From NCBI GenBank assembly GCA_050250895.1, contig JBFWNU010000010.1, forward strand, positions 32,001 to 96,000: 64,000 nucleotides of DNA, written 5' to 3'. The position numbers and the translations under genes are program-made. This document shows positions 19,323 through 28,713 of the stretch, one piece after another. The stretch is from Vulcanimicrobiota bacterium. Lineage in GTDB: Bacteria > Vulcanimicrobiota > Xenobia > Xenobiales > JADMJV01. A model generated the notes under the pieces. It did no database searches, was not told where the DNA came from, and saw nothing but the letters and a program-made list of their open reading frames with translations. The first letter of the stretch is position 1. Each line of letters opens with the position of its first letter.

Positions 19323-19771
19323 GCGTGGCGAGCTTTCTCTTCCATGTCGTTGCGCCAGGTGCCGAGCATACCCAGGGCGGCCCCGCAACCGACCACCAGA
19401 CCAACGCGCAGCGGGGTGGGAGCGGCGTGCGCCGAAGCGGTCAGGGCTCCCAGAATGGTGGGCCAGATGGCCGTGCGAATGGCCTCGGCGTTGCTCACTC
19501 CCAGGCCTTTGTAGAAACCGGCCGTGAGGGCGCCGCCAGCAATGGCGCCGGGATAGCTCAAGGCCATGCCGCCGATCTGAGGCAGCGAGAACCCGACCAC
19601 GCCGAGCACGGCGCCCTGGGCGTAGCGAGGGAGGCTGCCGAGGGCTCTGGCCAGAGGCGGACGGTCGTCGATTTCGACCTTATCTTGAGGCTCGGGGTTG
19701 GGACCGGGCTGCGGGCCCGGGGCCGAGCTGGCTCGGCGGTTGAGTTGGGGGATAGCCGGTGTAATCTGCAT
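19319..19771 (-). CDS. Small membrane protein with low-complexity N-terminal leader
   Basis: AGGAG RBS; Gly/Ala-rich hydrophobic segments following MQITPAIP...PQDKVEI. Confidence 0.7.
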   Translation of the reverse strand: MQITPAIPQLNRRASSAPGPQPGPNPEPQDKVEIDDRPPLARALGSLPRYAQGAVLGVVGFSLPQIGGMALSYPGAIAGGALTAGFYKGLGVSNAEAIRTAIWPTILGALTASAHAAPTPLRVGLVVGCGAALGMLGTWRNDMEEKARHA

Positions 19772-20019
19772 CGTTTGCTCCTGTAGTCCTTCACGTTAGA
19801 CAATACCAGGTAGCGGCCCCGGATCGGTTGCCAAACCGTTGCCAGTCGGTCAGCCGACGGAGTAGGTCACCGCTTGGTCGCTCTGGGCCATACCGTGCCA
19901 GCCGTGCTCCATCGCCCGCGACGACTCGAGCAGGCTTCGCGACCCGGGCTGGGGCGGGCGACTTCGACCTGCTCTGGCGCTAGGCGCCGAGGAGCAAGCC
20001 TGAGCCTCGCAGAACACGA

Positions 20020-21084
20020 ATGCCAATGGCACGAGGTCTGTCCGGCAAGGCGCTGTCTCAAGAACTGGCGATTTTTTACCGTTGCCTTTCGGTATTGCTC
20101 AATTCTGGTGTCCAGATTCTGCGCTCGCTCGAGGCCGGGGCGCAACAGTGCAGCATCCCGCCGCTGGCCGCGGCTATCGGGTCGGCCCGGGGAGCAGTCG
20201 CGTCGGGTAAACGGCTCTCGGTGGCCCTGACCGGCTTCCCGTCCTTCTTCACCACTCTCCAGGTGAGAATGATCGCGGTCGGCGAGAATACCGGCGGTTT
20301 ACACGTCATCCTCGAGCGGTTGGCCGAGCAAGCCGAGAAAAGCGTGGCTCTGCGCCAGAAAGTCGCTTCGGCCCTGACCTATCCGCTGCTGGTCCTGGGC
20401 CTGGCCCTGTTGCTGTTGTTGGCCGCCCCGGCTCTGGTCTTCAAAGACTTGCTGCGCCTGTTTAGTGAATTGGGCGTCGAGCTGCCCTGGACGACCCGAC
20501 TGATGCTGTTTGCCGCCAATCTCTTGTCAGGGCCGTGGCCCTATCTGCTGCTCGTGCTGATCGGCCTGCTCGGTTGGTATGGCTATGGTCAGATCGAGCA
20601 ACACCCTGGCCTCAAAGCCCGGTGGGAAGCTTTCCTACTGGCTGTGCCGGGGCTGGGCACGGCCTTCAGAATGGCCGCTACGGCCGAGTTCTGCGGTGCT
20701 CTCGCCTTGTGTTATTCCAGCGGTCTGCCGGTGGTGCAGGCGGTCACGCTGTGCGCGGGTGCGACCGGTTCGGTGCTGATGGAACAGGCCGGCCAGCTGG
20801 CCCGCCAGAGCCTATTGGAGGGCGAGACCCTATATGAGAGCCTGCGCGCGAGTCAGCTGCTCACCCCGGTCTTGTTAGGGCTGTTGGCGGCCGGCGAAGA
20901 GTCGGGCCAGGTGGCGAGTTCGCTAGAAGACGTGGCCGAGATGGCCGAGGCCAATCTCGAGGTGGCGGTGGAACGGGCCACAGCCCTGCTCGAGCCGCTG
21001 GTCTTGCTCGTAATCGGTGGGGTGGTCGGCTTCATGGTGATAGCCACCCTTTCACCCCTGGCCCGCGTGTTGCAAGTGCTATGA
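20020..21084 (+). CDS. Type II secretion F / PilC-family platform protein
   Basis: LSVLLNSGV.ILRSL, MIAVGENTGGL, SALTYP, AGEESGQV and ALLEPLVLLVIG motifs. Confidence 0.92.
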   Translation: MPMARGLSGKALSQELAIFYRCLSVLLNSGVQILRSLEAGAQQCSIPPLAAAIGSARGAVASGKRLSVALTGFPSFFTTLQVRMIAVGENTGGLHVILERLAEQAEKSVALRQKVASALTYPLLVLGLALLLLLAAPALVFKDLLRLFSELGVELPWTTRLMLFAANLLSGPWPYLLLVLIGLLGWYGYGQIEQHPGLKARWEAFLLAVPGLGTAFRMAATAEFCGALALCYSSGLPVVQAVTLCAGATGSVLMEQAGQLARQSLLEGETLYESLRASQLLTPVLLGLLAAGEESGQVASSLEDVAEMAEANLEVAVERATALLEPLVLLVIGGVVGFMVIATLSPLARVLQVL

Positions 21085-21089
21085 TGCGC

Positions 21090-21095
21090 TATAAT
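21090..21095 (+). promoter_or_regulatory. -10 box (TATAAT) 6 nt before ATG 21102, leaderless-type promoter
   Basis: Sequence TATAAT-ggtggg-ATG. Confidence 0.6.
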
Positions 21096-21101
21096 GGTGG
21101 G

Positions 21102-22898
21102 ATGAGGCGACGAGGATCGGTGCTGGGCACCGTCATCATGGTGATCGGGGTGGCCCTTATGGCCGCCCTGGTGGTATCGGGCGCCAGCACGTTTCATCTG
21201 CAGGCCTCCCAACGTATCGTCAACTCGCAAACGGCGGCCAACCTGGCCGAGTCGGCCATTCATCAGGCCCTCGCCGCCCTTCAGGACGATCCCGAAAGCC
21301 TTCCCGAGGTGGATCTCTCTGGTCTTCCCGGCCTGCCCGACGGCGCCTTTGCTCGGGTGACCTTCGATCGGAGTAGCCCGTTCTTCTCCACTAACAACTT
21401 CAAAGGGGGCTCGCCCAACGGTTGGAACGGCCGTCAAGTGCCCGTAGGCAAGATCCACGTGGTGGCGGTGGCCGGCTGCAACGGGGTCGAGCGCCACATC
21501 GAGACGCTGCTGCATCTGCCCACTTACCCGGCCGCGATTGCGGTGTCGGGTCAGTTGACCCTCAAGAACACCCTGGTAGCCGGCCTGGGCGAGGCCGCTG
21601 TGACCATGAGCGGCGGCCAGATCACTTATGATGAAGACGATCTGAAGCCGGGCGATGTGGCTACCAATAACGGCAACGCCAGCGATTCTCTGGTCTTGGA
21701 TGCGGGCAGCCTGGTGAAAGGCAACGCCCAGGCCCGAGGCGGCATCCAGCGGCTGGGAACCTCGGTAGTGGAGGGGGAGGTCCGCAGTCCCTGGACCGAC
21801 TTCGCCAAGCTGCCCGACATCAAGATTTCTGACTATGATCCGCGCACCCGCACCGACACTTACTTCGACACGCTGGTCCCGCCCCCGGGGGGATTCGGAG
21901 GGCTTGACCTGACCGGAGTCTCCCTGGTGGAAGGAGATCTGGTGGTGACCGGGCCCGCGCGGCTGGACAACGCCGTCCTTTTCGTGGATGGAACGCTTCG
22001 ACTCGAAGGGGGGCTGAGCGGAAGCGGGGCCGTGTTCGTCGCCGGCCCGGCCGACATCAAAGGTGGGGTCAATCTCCAGACGGACGACTCGGTGGCGCTG
22101 CTGGCTAACGGCGATGTTCGCGTCTGGGGCGACGACCGTCTCACGAACGTCTTCCAGGGGACTGTCTACTGCAAGAGTTCGGTCAGCATTGAACGGGTCA
22201 CGCTGGTGGGCACCTTCATCCAGGACAGTGACGATCCCGGCAAAACCACGACGGTCATCGATTCTAACCTGTTCTATAGCGCCGCCGGAGCCAATCCCAG
22301 GTTTGTGTGGCCGATCAGCCTGACCGTACCGAACCTCTCCCCAGACGTGGCGGTCACCGGGGGAAGCAATCCCGACGGCACGGACCAGCCCATTTCTGCG
22401 TTTGGGAAGGACAAGGATGGAGACGGCGTCGGCGATTCTTGGAATGCAGCCAACATCTTTCTTGACCCACCCCTCGGCCCGGGAGCCAATAGCTGGGCCA
22501 GTACCGACGTCTGCTTGATCGAGATTCTCGAGATCGACAACCAGCAGATCTTCAGGGTTCGCAGTTGGGGGCGAGATTACGATGGAAACCCGGTCTACAA
22601 TCCCGACGGCTCCCCGGCGTTCGGCACGTTCAGCTATACCGGAGAGGCCGAGTTTCTGCAAAACTATCCCAACGATATGGTCTATGGCCCCGGGGGCTCG
22701 GGCGGCTACACCGAGTTCACCACCGATGATGTGGTGCCTACTCCCGAACAGGTCCGGGCTGCCCTCGAGAGCACACTGGCCAAGGTCAAAGCCCGAACGG
22801 GCGAACCCGGCAGCTGGAGTGTCTATCTCTCTTTTGACCCCAACGAGTTTCTGGCCCGCGACGACACCCTGCGCGTCCTGATGTGGCGCGAATTCTAG
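21102..22898 (+). CDS. PilX/GspK-like large pilin-type protein, paralogue C
   Basis: MRRRG-SVLGTVIMVIGV N-terminus, AANLAESAI helix, STNNF, same central repeats as paralogues A/B, tail FDPNEFL...LMWREF. Confidence 0.75.
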   Translation: MRRRGSVLGTVIMVIGVALMAALVVSGASTFHLQASQRIVNSQTAANLAESAIHQALAALQDDPESLPEVDLSGLPGLPDGAFARVTFDRSSPFFSTNNFKGGSPNGWNGRQVPVGKIHVVAVAGCNGVERHIETLLHLPTYPAAIAVSGQLTLKNTLVAGLGEAAVTMSGGQITYDEDDLKPGDVATNNGNASDSLVLDAGSLVKGNAQARGGIQRLGTSVVEGEVRSPWTDFAKLPDIKISDYDPRTRTDTYFDTLVPPPGGFGGLDLTGVSLVEGDLVVTGPARLDNAVLFVDGTLRLEGGLSGSGAVFVAGPADIKGGVNLQTDDSVALLANGDVRVWGDDRLTNVFQGTVYCKSSVSIERVTLVGTFIQDSDDPGKTTTVIDSNLFYSAAGANPRFVWPISLTVPNLSPDVAVTGGSNPDGTDQPISAFGKDKDGDGVGDSWNAANIFLDPPLGPGANSWASTDVCLIEILEIDNQQIFRVRSWGRDYDGNPVYNPDGSPAFGTFSYTGEAEFLQNYPNDMVYGPGGSGGYTEFTTDDVVPTPEQVRAALESTLAKVKARTGEPGSWSVYLSFDPNEFLARDDTLRVLMWREF

Positions 22899-24169
22899 CC
22901 GAGGGCCCGGCGCAGGGCGGCGAAGGCCTCTTGCAGATCGTCGAATCGTTCTGGGGGTGTTTTGGCCAGCATCTTCCGGAGCACCCCATCGACCTCGGCG
23001 GGTAGTTCGGGGCGCCAGTTGCTGAGCGGGGGCGGCTCTTCGCTGACGTGTTTCATAACCGTCTCGATGGCGTTTTCAGGGCTGTAGAACGGCGGCTCGC
23101 CGGCCAGCATCTCGAAGGTCATAATGCCCAGGGCATACTGGTCCGAGGCCGGTGACGTGCCGGCCCCGGTCACCTGTTCCGGCGCCATATAGGCCGGAGT
23201 TCCAAAGATACTGCCGGTGCGGGTGATGGTGGTCGAGTCATTCTTGCGAGCCAGGCCGAAGTCGGCCACTTTGATCGACTGCTCGGGCGTCACCAGCACG
23301 TTTTCGGGCTTGAGGTCGCGATGGACGATGCCGCGCGAGTGGGCGAAGGCCACCCCCTCCACGATCGGTTTTAGCAGGGCCAGCACCGTGGCCGGCTCGA
23401 GCTTGCGACCGTCGATCTCTTCGCGCAGGGTCTGGCCCTCGACCAACTCCATCACCATGAAGTAGCGCCCGTTGAAACTGTCGAAGTCGTAAAGATTGAC
23501 GATGTTGGGATGCTGCAGCTCGCGACAGATTTTGACCTCGCGGCGAAACCGGTCCATAAACTCGCCGTCTTCGCCGCTGTCGTCGTGAAGGAGTTTGAGG
23601 GCATACTCGTCCTGGGGCCGGTCGACCGGAGTGACCCGGTAGACGGTGGCCATACCTCCGCGCCCCAGCCGCTCGAGCAGCAGATAGTTGCCGATATGTT
23701 TGCCCACCTGATCATCGTTGGAGGGCACGATGCGCGATTCGAAGTCGACGACCTTCTGGGCTTCTCGTCTGGCTTTGGAGCGCACACTCAGGCCCCACAC
23801 TCCGCCCCCCAGCAAGAATCCCAACAGGGTCAGTGGCACCGGCGTCAACAGCGGGATCAGTGGGTTGACCGGGGTTAGCCGAAACGGCTCGCCGGCCGGC
23901 CATTCGTAACCCTCGCCGCGTCGAGCCAGCGTGACCATGGCGGGGGCGTCCTGATAACCCCATTTCTTGATGACTACGCGAAAGCTCTGTCCCCGGGGTC
24001 TCGTCATGGCGAAGACCCTACCCGAGGGTCCCAGTAATTGGGGCACGGGGTCGCTGGTAACGTGATAGACGCTGGCCCCCGACGGGCTGGTCTTGAAAAG
24101 TACGTCCACGACTTCCTCGGCGAAGGCTGGGGAAGAAAGGACGAGCAGCCATAGGACCAGTCGCTTCAT
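22895..24169 (-). CDS. Membrane-anchored Hanks-type Ser/Thr protein kinase
   Basis: Signal peptide MKRLVLWLLV..AFA, PEGA-like segment, TM helix, and intact LGRGGMATVY, YALK, HRDLKPEN, DFG and APE motifs. ATGA overlap with the upstream pilin gene. Confidence 0.93.
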   Translation of the reverse strand: MKRLVLWLLVLSSPAFAEEVVDVLFKTSPSGASVYHVTSDPVPQLLGPSGRVFAMTRPRGQSFRVVIKKWGYQDAPAMVTLARRGEGYEWPAGEPFRLTPVNPLIPLLTPVPLTLLGFLLGGGVWGLSVRSKARREAQKVVDFESRIVPSNDDQVGKHIGNYLLLERLGRGGMATVYRVTPVDRPQDEYALKLLHDDSGEDGEFMDRFRREVKICRELQHPNIVNLYDFDSFNGRYFMVMELVEGQTLREEIDGRKLEPATVLALLKPIVEGVAFAHSRGIVHRDLKPENVLVTPEQSIKVADFGLARKNDSTTITRTGSIFGTPAYMAPEQVTGAGTSPASDQYALGIMTFEMLAGEPPFYSPENAIETVMKHVSEEPPPLSNWRPELPAEVDGVLRKMLAKTPPERFDDLQEAFAALRRALG

Positions 24170-24576
24170 CGTTTGAGATCGGCCAGCCGTAACTCTTGAG
24201 TGAGGGCCTGGGAGCCGCTGCGGTCGTTCCATTGGATGGTCAGGCGCAGGCGCACCAGGTGGTCGGTCGGGATGCCGGGCACGGCTTCGATGGTCAGGTG
24301 AGGCTCGAGCACCGTGCTATCCTCGCAGGTGTAGCGGGCCAGGGGAAGGGCCCCTGGCGTATCGGCGTCGTAGCTGCCCGGGACGAGATCGACGAAAGGA
24401 GCGGCCCGGGCGGCCTCGAGGATCGATTCGGCCAGGGCGGCCGCATCCAAACGATGCTCGGCTTTGCGCACTCCGATCATGGTGGCCGGGAAAATATTGA
24501 GCATGAACAAGAACACCAGGGCCAGCAGCGAGGCTCCCAGCACGACTTCCATGAGGTTTACGCCGCGATTTTTCAT
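24166..24576 (-). CDS. Prepilin-type minor pilin (PilV/GspI-like)
   Basis: MKNRG-VNLMEVVLG class III signal with E5. Confidence 0.8.
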   Translation of the reverse strand: MKNRGVNLMEVVLGASLLALVFLFMLNIFPATMIGVRKAEHRLDAAALAESILEAARAAPFVDLVPGSYDADTPGALPLARYTCEDSTVLEPHLTIEAVPGIPTDHLVRLRLTIQWNDRSGSQALTQELRLADLKR

Positions 24577-25196
24577 CGTTGTTCTCGGGTGAAGGCGGTG
24601 CGGGAATAGACGACCCGCTCGGCCTGCTGGCGACCTCCAGCGATGGTCTTTTCCATCACCAACTCAAAGCGAATAGGCATCTTCATGAGCAGGTCGTCGC
24701 CACTTTGCAGAATGGAAAACGAGGTCACGTCGCGGGCCAGCACCGACACCGGGGCGGGACGACTGACGATGTCGGCCAGTTCATCGGGGGTCAGTTTCTT
24801 GGGCTTGGAGCGGCGAGTCTGGGCCGGGGTCGGGGCCGGGTCGCCGGGCGGCCACTGGCGCCGCAGCAACTGGCCTCTGGCTCGGTCGAAGTAGAAAATC
24901 ACGTAGGACTCGGACCAGATCAAGTCTCCGTTGGGACGGACCTCTTCGAGAGGATTGACAGCCACGCAGACGGGGTCAGTCGAGCGCAGCGACAGCCCGG
25001 CCGGAGAGGTGCTCTCGGCTTCGCGCACCAGGCGCGAGAGAGCGATGACAGCCCGCTGGTCGAGTTCTACGCGGGTGGCTGAGCGGGTCGAGGCGCGCAG
25101 AGCCGGCATCAGGTACCCGGCGGCCAGCCCCAACACCAGCAAGGCCAGGGTTGCCGCAATGACGATTTCGGCCAGCGTGAAGGCTCGACGAATCAT
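24573..25196 (-). CDS. Prepilin-type minor pilin (PilW/GspJ-like)
   Basis: MIRRA-FTLAEIVIA; preceded by TG-G-TATACT-N6-ATG. Confidence 0.82.
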   Translation of the reverse strand: MIRRAFTLAEIVIAATLALLVLGLAAGYLMPALRASTRSATRVELDQRAVIALSRLVREAESTSPAGLSLRSTDPVCVAVNPLEEVRPNGDLIWSESYVIFYFDRARGQLLRRQWPPGDPAPTPAQTRRSKPKKLTPDELADIVSRPAPVSVLARDVTSFSILQSGDDLLMKMPIRFELVMEKTIAGGRQQAERVVYSRTAFTREQR

Positions 25197-25234
25197 CCCC
25201 GAAGTATACCATAAGGCCGAGTCGAGCGCCCGGC

Positions 25235-26731
25235 TTAGACGTGGCTTACTTCGAGTTCGCCCGTGGCGCAGCGCACCGCCCCCCACAGGCGAGTCGTGGC
25301 CTGGGCCGACGGCATGTCGACCACCTCGAAGCCATACTCACGGTAGACCGCGCGGGCCACTTCATCCAGGCTGACTCCGTAAACCGGCATGTAGACCCGC
25401 CTTACCCCGTCGTAACACTCCATCAAGACGTTGTTGTAGGTCAGATAGGGTGTGAGCAAGCCTACTCCCGCCAGGTTGGGCAGGCGCACCACCCGCAAGC
25501 CCAATCCTCGAAGTTTCTCGGCGGCACGCTCATAGCTTTCGGCTAGACCGGCCGATTTGGTGGCTTCGACCAGCGGCTTGAACTCGGGCCCGACCATAGC
25601 CATCGAACTCTTGGGGTCGGCCACCGCCACCGTGTCGTCATCGAGAAACGTAAAGCCCAGGTCGAGGTGAAAGTCGGGCTGAGGCTCGATGACGATGGCT
25701 TCACGGCCCAGAATCTTGCCGAAGCGGTCGACCACCTCCGCCTTGGAGAGGCCGAGGTTGGTCATGGTGCGAGCCACCGAATGCCCACCCACCAGCACCT
25801 GGCGACCACTGGCCACCACGTCGCCGCCCTCGAACGACAAGCAAGACCGACGCACCAGCAAATCGGGCAAGACCTCTTGCAGGCGCGCCGGTGCCGCCCC
25901 GCTGCCCTGCACCACCACCCGATTGAGAGCCGGGTCCACCTGGCCATCGCCGCGAAAGGTGCGGGGCAGCAGTAATACCGCTCGACCGTCGGCGGTGCGG
26001 GTCAACAGGGCTCCGTCGCGAGCCCACATGGTGAGGGGAGAGTAGAGCCGCTCGGCCGTTGAAAAGAGCACCATCGGGTGGATGTGCACGCGCTCGGGGC
26101 GGGGCACCGACCATTTGGCCAGCAAGCGCCGCAACTCGTCGCCGCTCTGGCCCTCGGCCACCACATGCACCACCACCTCGGCCGAAAGACGGGTGAGAAG
26201 ATCGTGAAAGAGCTGCCTCTGGGCCGACAGGGCCGGCTCGACGAAGGTCTCGGGCCACTGCAGTCGCAGCGCTCGGATGCGACCCTGGTTCGAGGCCACC
26301 ACTTCGAGCGGGCCCAACTCTTCGACCTTTTCGCTCACTTCGTAGGCGGGCCGCGGTCGCACCGGAGTCCGGTTGGGATTCTTGGGGACCTGCCAGCCTT
26401 TGGTCGTGGGCCGAGCGTCCCACTCGCTCTGCTCTTCTTGGGGCAGTAGTCCAAAGGCCATCTGGCCGGCTGCCTGGCGGCCCACCCGCCGGCTTAGCTC
26501 GCCCCAGGCGGTCAGGTTCCCCTCAAGGGTTGGCGGCCAGGGGCGCGGCGACTCGATGGCCAGGCGGGCCAGACCTCGTTGGGGCATTTGTTGACCGGGC
26601 TCTTTGACACTTCCGAATTCGACCCGGTCGGCGCTGCCAGCCGGCTTGCCAGCGGCGGGTTTGCTGACCCTATCGGTAGGACCGAGCGGATACGACTCGA
26701 GCGGAAATCCCGCCGGCGGCAAAGGTTGCAT
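25235..26731 (-). CDS. Amidinotransferase / peptidyl-arginine-deiminase superfamily enzyme
   Basis: MWARD, FEGGD, FHLD, TYNN and GAVRC motifs in the order typical of the pentein superfamily. Confidence 0.7.
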   Translation of the reverse strand: MQPLPPAGFPLESYPLGPTDRVSKPAAGKPAGSADRVEFGSVKEPGQQMPQRGLARLAIESPRPWPPTLEGNLTAWGELSRRVGRQAAGQMAFGLLPQEEQSEWDARPTTKGWQVPKNPNRTPVRPRPAYEVSEKVEELGPLEVVASNQGRIRALRLQWPETFVEPALSAQRQLFHDLLTRLSAEVVVHVVAEGQSGDELRRLLAKWSVPRPERVHIHPMVLFSTAERLYSPLTMWARDGALLTRTADGRAVLLLPRTFRGDGQVDPALNRVVVQGSGAAPARLQEVLPDLLVRRSCLSFEGGDVVASGRQVLVGGHSVARTMTNLGLSKAEVVDRFGKILGREAIVIEPQPDFHLDLGFTFLDDDTVAVADPKSSMAMVGPEFKPLVEATKSAGLAESYERAAEKLRGLGLRVVRLPNLAGVGLLTPYLTYNNVLMECYDGVRRVYMPVYGVSLDEVARAVYREYGFEVVDMPSAQATTRLWGAVRCATGELEVSHV

Positions 26732-26947
26732 GTCCCCATCCTAGGCAATTGGGCCGGTCGTGGTCAATTACGCGAGACTGAGCAATTCTGTAACATTCGG
26801 TTCTGTTTCTGCAATACACATCGATGTTGCCAAAGCTTTTCGAAAAGGTAACGATCTGGCGAGGCCATTGAACCAGGTTTTGTCGTGTCCTACACTGGCA
26901 TGGGGCTAGCTCAAATACAAAACAGGCAGTCCCGAAAGAGGTAGTGT

Positions 26948-28681
26948 GTGGCGGTAATTTCCAGCATTAGTCCCTTCGAGACACGGGGACCTGTCTTTCC
27001 CGTGGCCAACGTGGGTGCCCCGGTTCTCGGTCAGACCAACATCCCGACCGACCCGAATCAGCTCGTTTCGGCCATTCTGCAGGTTCTCCAGCAGCTGGCC
27101 CAGGGCTTTAGCAACTTTGCCGGTGGCGATCAGCAACAGCCTGGGCAACAGCCCGGCGAGCAGGCTCAGCAGCCAGCGGCCGCTCCCATCTCCGCCCCGG
27201 CTGCCCCGGTCGAGCCGAGCAACGAAGGCCGCACAGGCTCGGGTGGCCGCGGCCGGGGGCGCTTCTCGGCTCAGGCCGAGAACGACGTTCCCAACGGACG
27301 CTCGGGCAACGCGGGCAACGCTGGCAATGCCGAGGGTGCTTACGGGGGCGGCGCAGGTGGCGGGGCCGCGGGCAACGCTGGTAATGCGGCTAACGCCGGT
27401 CAAGCCGGAGGCGGAGGACAATGTCCTCATAAAGCTGGTAACGGCGGACAGGCTGGCAACGCCGGTAACGGCGGACAGGCTGGTAACGCCGGTAACGGCG
27501 GACAGGCTGGTAACGCCGGTAACGGCGGACAGGCTGGTAACGGGGGACAGGCTGGCAACGCCGGAGCCGCAGGCGAAGCCGGAGCGGCTGGTGCCTACGG
27601 TGGCGGAGGCGGGGGCGGTGTCACCGGCCAGGCCGGGGCAGCCGGCAACGGCAACGCAGCAGCCGGCGCGGTGGGCCAGGCCGGCAACGGGGGGGCCGCT
27701 GGCAATGCCAATGCCCACATCTACTCGGTAGACTCCATCACTCCGGCTTCCGGGCCGCAAGGCACGACGCCCACCAATCCCTTTGGCACGATCGCTTCGC
27801 CGGGCACGCCTACCTTTGGCGAGACCCAGGGCAAGTCGAATTCGGCCGTGGGAACCGCTCCGGCCAATGGGTTCGACTATCGCGAACTCGATATCACCCA
27901 GCGCACCGAACTCAGCGGACTGAGCGACCGCGAGCGCGCCAATATGCATCTGTGGGGCATTCAGGTCACTTCGGCTGGCAAGAATGGTGGCGGAGTCTAT
28001 TTCAACGTGCTGCAGAACCCCGACCAGTTCCAGCCGGCCGAGGTGGCGCTGGCCCAGGAGTTCTATCAGAAAGAGATGGCCACTTACGGCGGCGTGACCG
28101 GGGCCATGCTCGACCAGGGCTTCTTCGACCTCTATCAGGACATGACCGGAGTCGACGTTTCCCAACGCTACGCCAACCGTCCGATGGAGTTTGCCACGGG
28201 GCCGGTCGATATGAACAAGCGCCTCACCGGCGACAACGGGTTTTCGCAATTCGACAACGCGGCCCTGCGGCTGTGGGGTCACGATACCCTCGACAACGGC
28301 TTGCTGGACGGGTCGGTGGTCGAGTTCACCCTCAACAGCCCCAACTCGGCGCTCGATGACAACCTCAACCAGGGCGATCTGCGGGCCCTGCTGGCCGCCG
28401 ACCTTGCCGACAACGGCCAACGCGACGGCACGGCCCTCGAGGCCGCCTTCGTCGATTCGCTCGATAGGATCTATCTCAACGGTCCTGGCGGCAGCCAGCA
28501 GAACACCCTCTCGCGGGCCGGCCTGGCCTCGAACCAGGTCGACAGCGTTTTGCAGCAGATGGCCAACAACCCCAACCTTCCGGGCATTCCGCCCGGGGTC
28601 GATATCACCAACATGGCCAATATCGGACGCTGCCCGGTGCTCGGTGGCATGGTGACCCAGCAGGGCGGCATCTCCTTCTAG
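26948..28681 (+). CDS. Gly/Ala/Asn-rich protein with repeat region and globular C-terminal domain
   Basis: 577-aa ORF, RBS GAGGT, (AGNGGQAGN)n repeats; no family recognised. Confidence 0.75.
   Translation: MAVISSISPFETRGPVFPVANVGAPVLGQTNIPTDPNQLVSAILQVLQQLAQGFSNFAGGDQQQPGQQPGEQAQQPAAAPISAPAAPVEPSNEGRTGSGGRGRGRFSAQAENDVPNGRSGNAGNAGNAEGAYGGGAGGGAAGNAGNAANAGQAGGGGQCPHKAGNGGQAGNAGNGGQAGNAGNGGQAGNAGNGGQAGNGGQAGNAGAAGEAGAAGAYGGGGGGGVTGQAGAAGNGNAAAGAVGQAGNGGAAGNANAHIYSVDSITPASGPQGTTPTNPFGTIASPGTPTFGETQGKSNSAVGTAPANGFDYRELDITQRTELSGLSDRERANMHLWGIQVTSAGKNGGGVYFNVLQNPDQFQPAEVALAQEFYQKEMATYGGVTGAMLDQGFFDLYQDMTGVDVSQRYANRPMEFATGPVDMNKRLTGDNGFSQFDNAALRLWGHDTLDNGLLDGSVVEFTLNSPNSALDDNLNQGDLRALLAADLADNGQRDGTALEAAFVDSLDRIYLNGPGGSQQNTLSRAGLASNQVDSVLQQMANNPNLPGIPPGVDITNMANIGRCPVLGGMVTQQGGISF
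27434..27562 (+). repeat. 27-bp coding tandem repeat (AGNGGQAGN)
   Basis: About 4-5 copies of ggtaacggcggacaggctgg(c/t)aacgcc. Confidence 0.85.
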
Positions 28682-28713
28682 GCCTTGACCTCCACGACCT
28701 CGAAGTCGGGGTC

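Noticed and set aside
20853-22661. 602-aa antisense ORF, and similar ones at 26906-28420, 35443-36849, 41429-43057, 53062-54435 and 62854-63783
   Set aside because: These are shadow ORFs of GC-rich genes; the opposite strand carries the recognisable motifs or the better-supported ORF.
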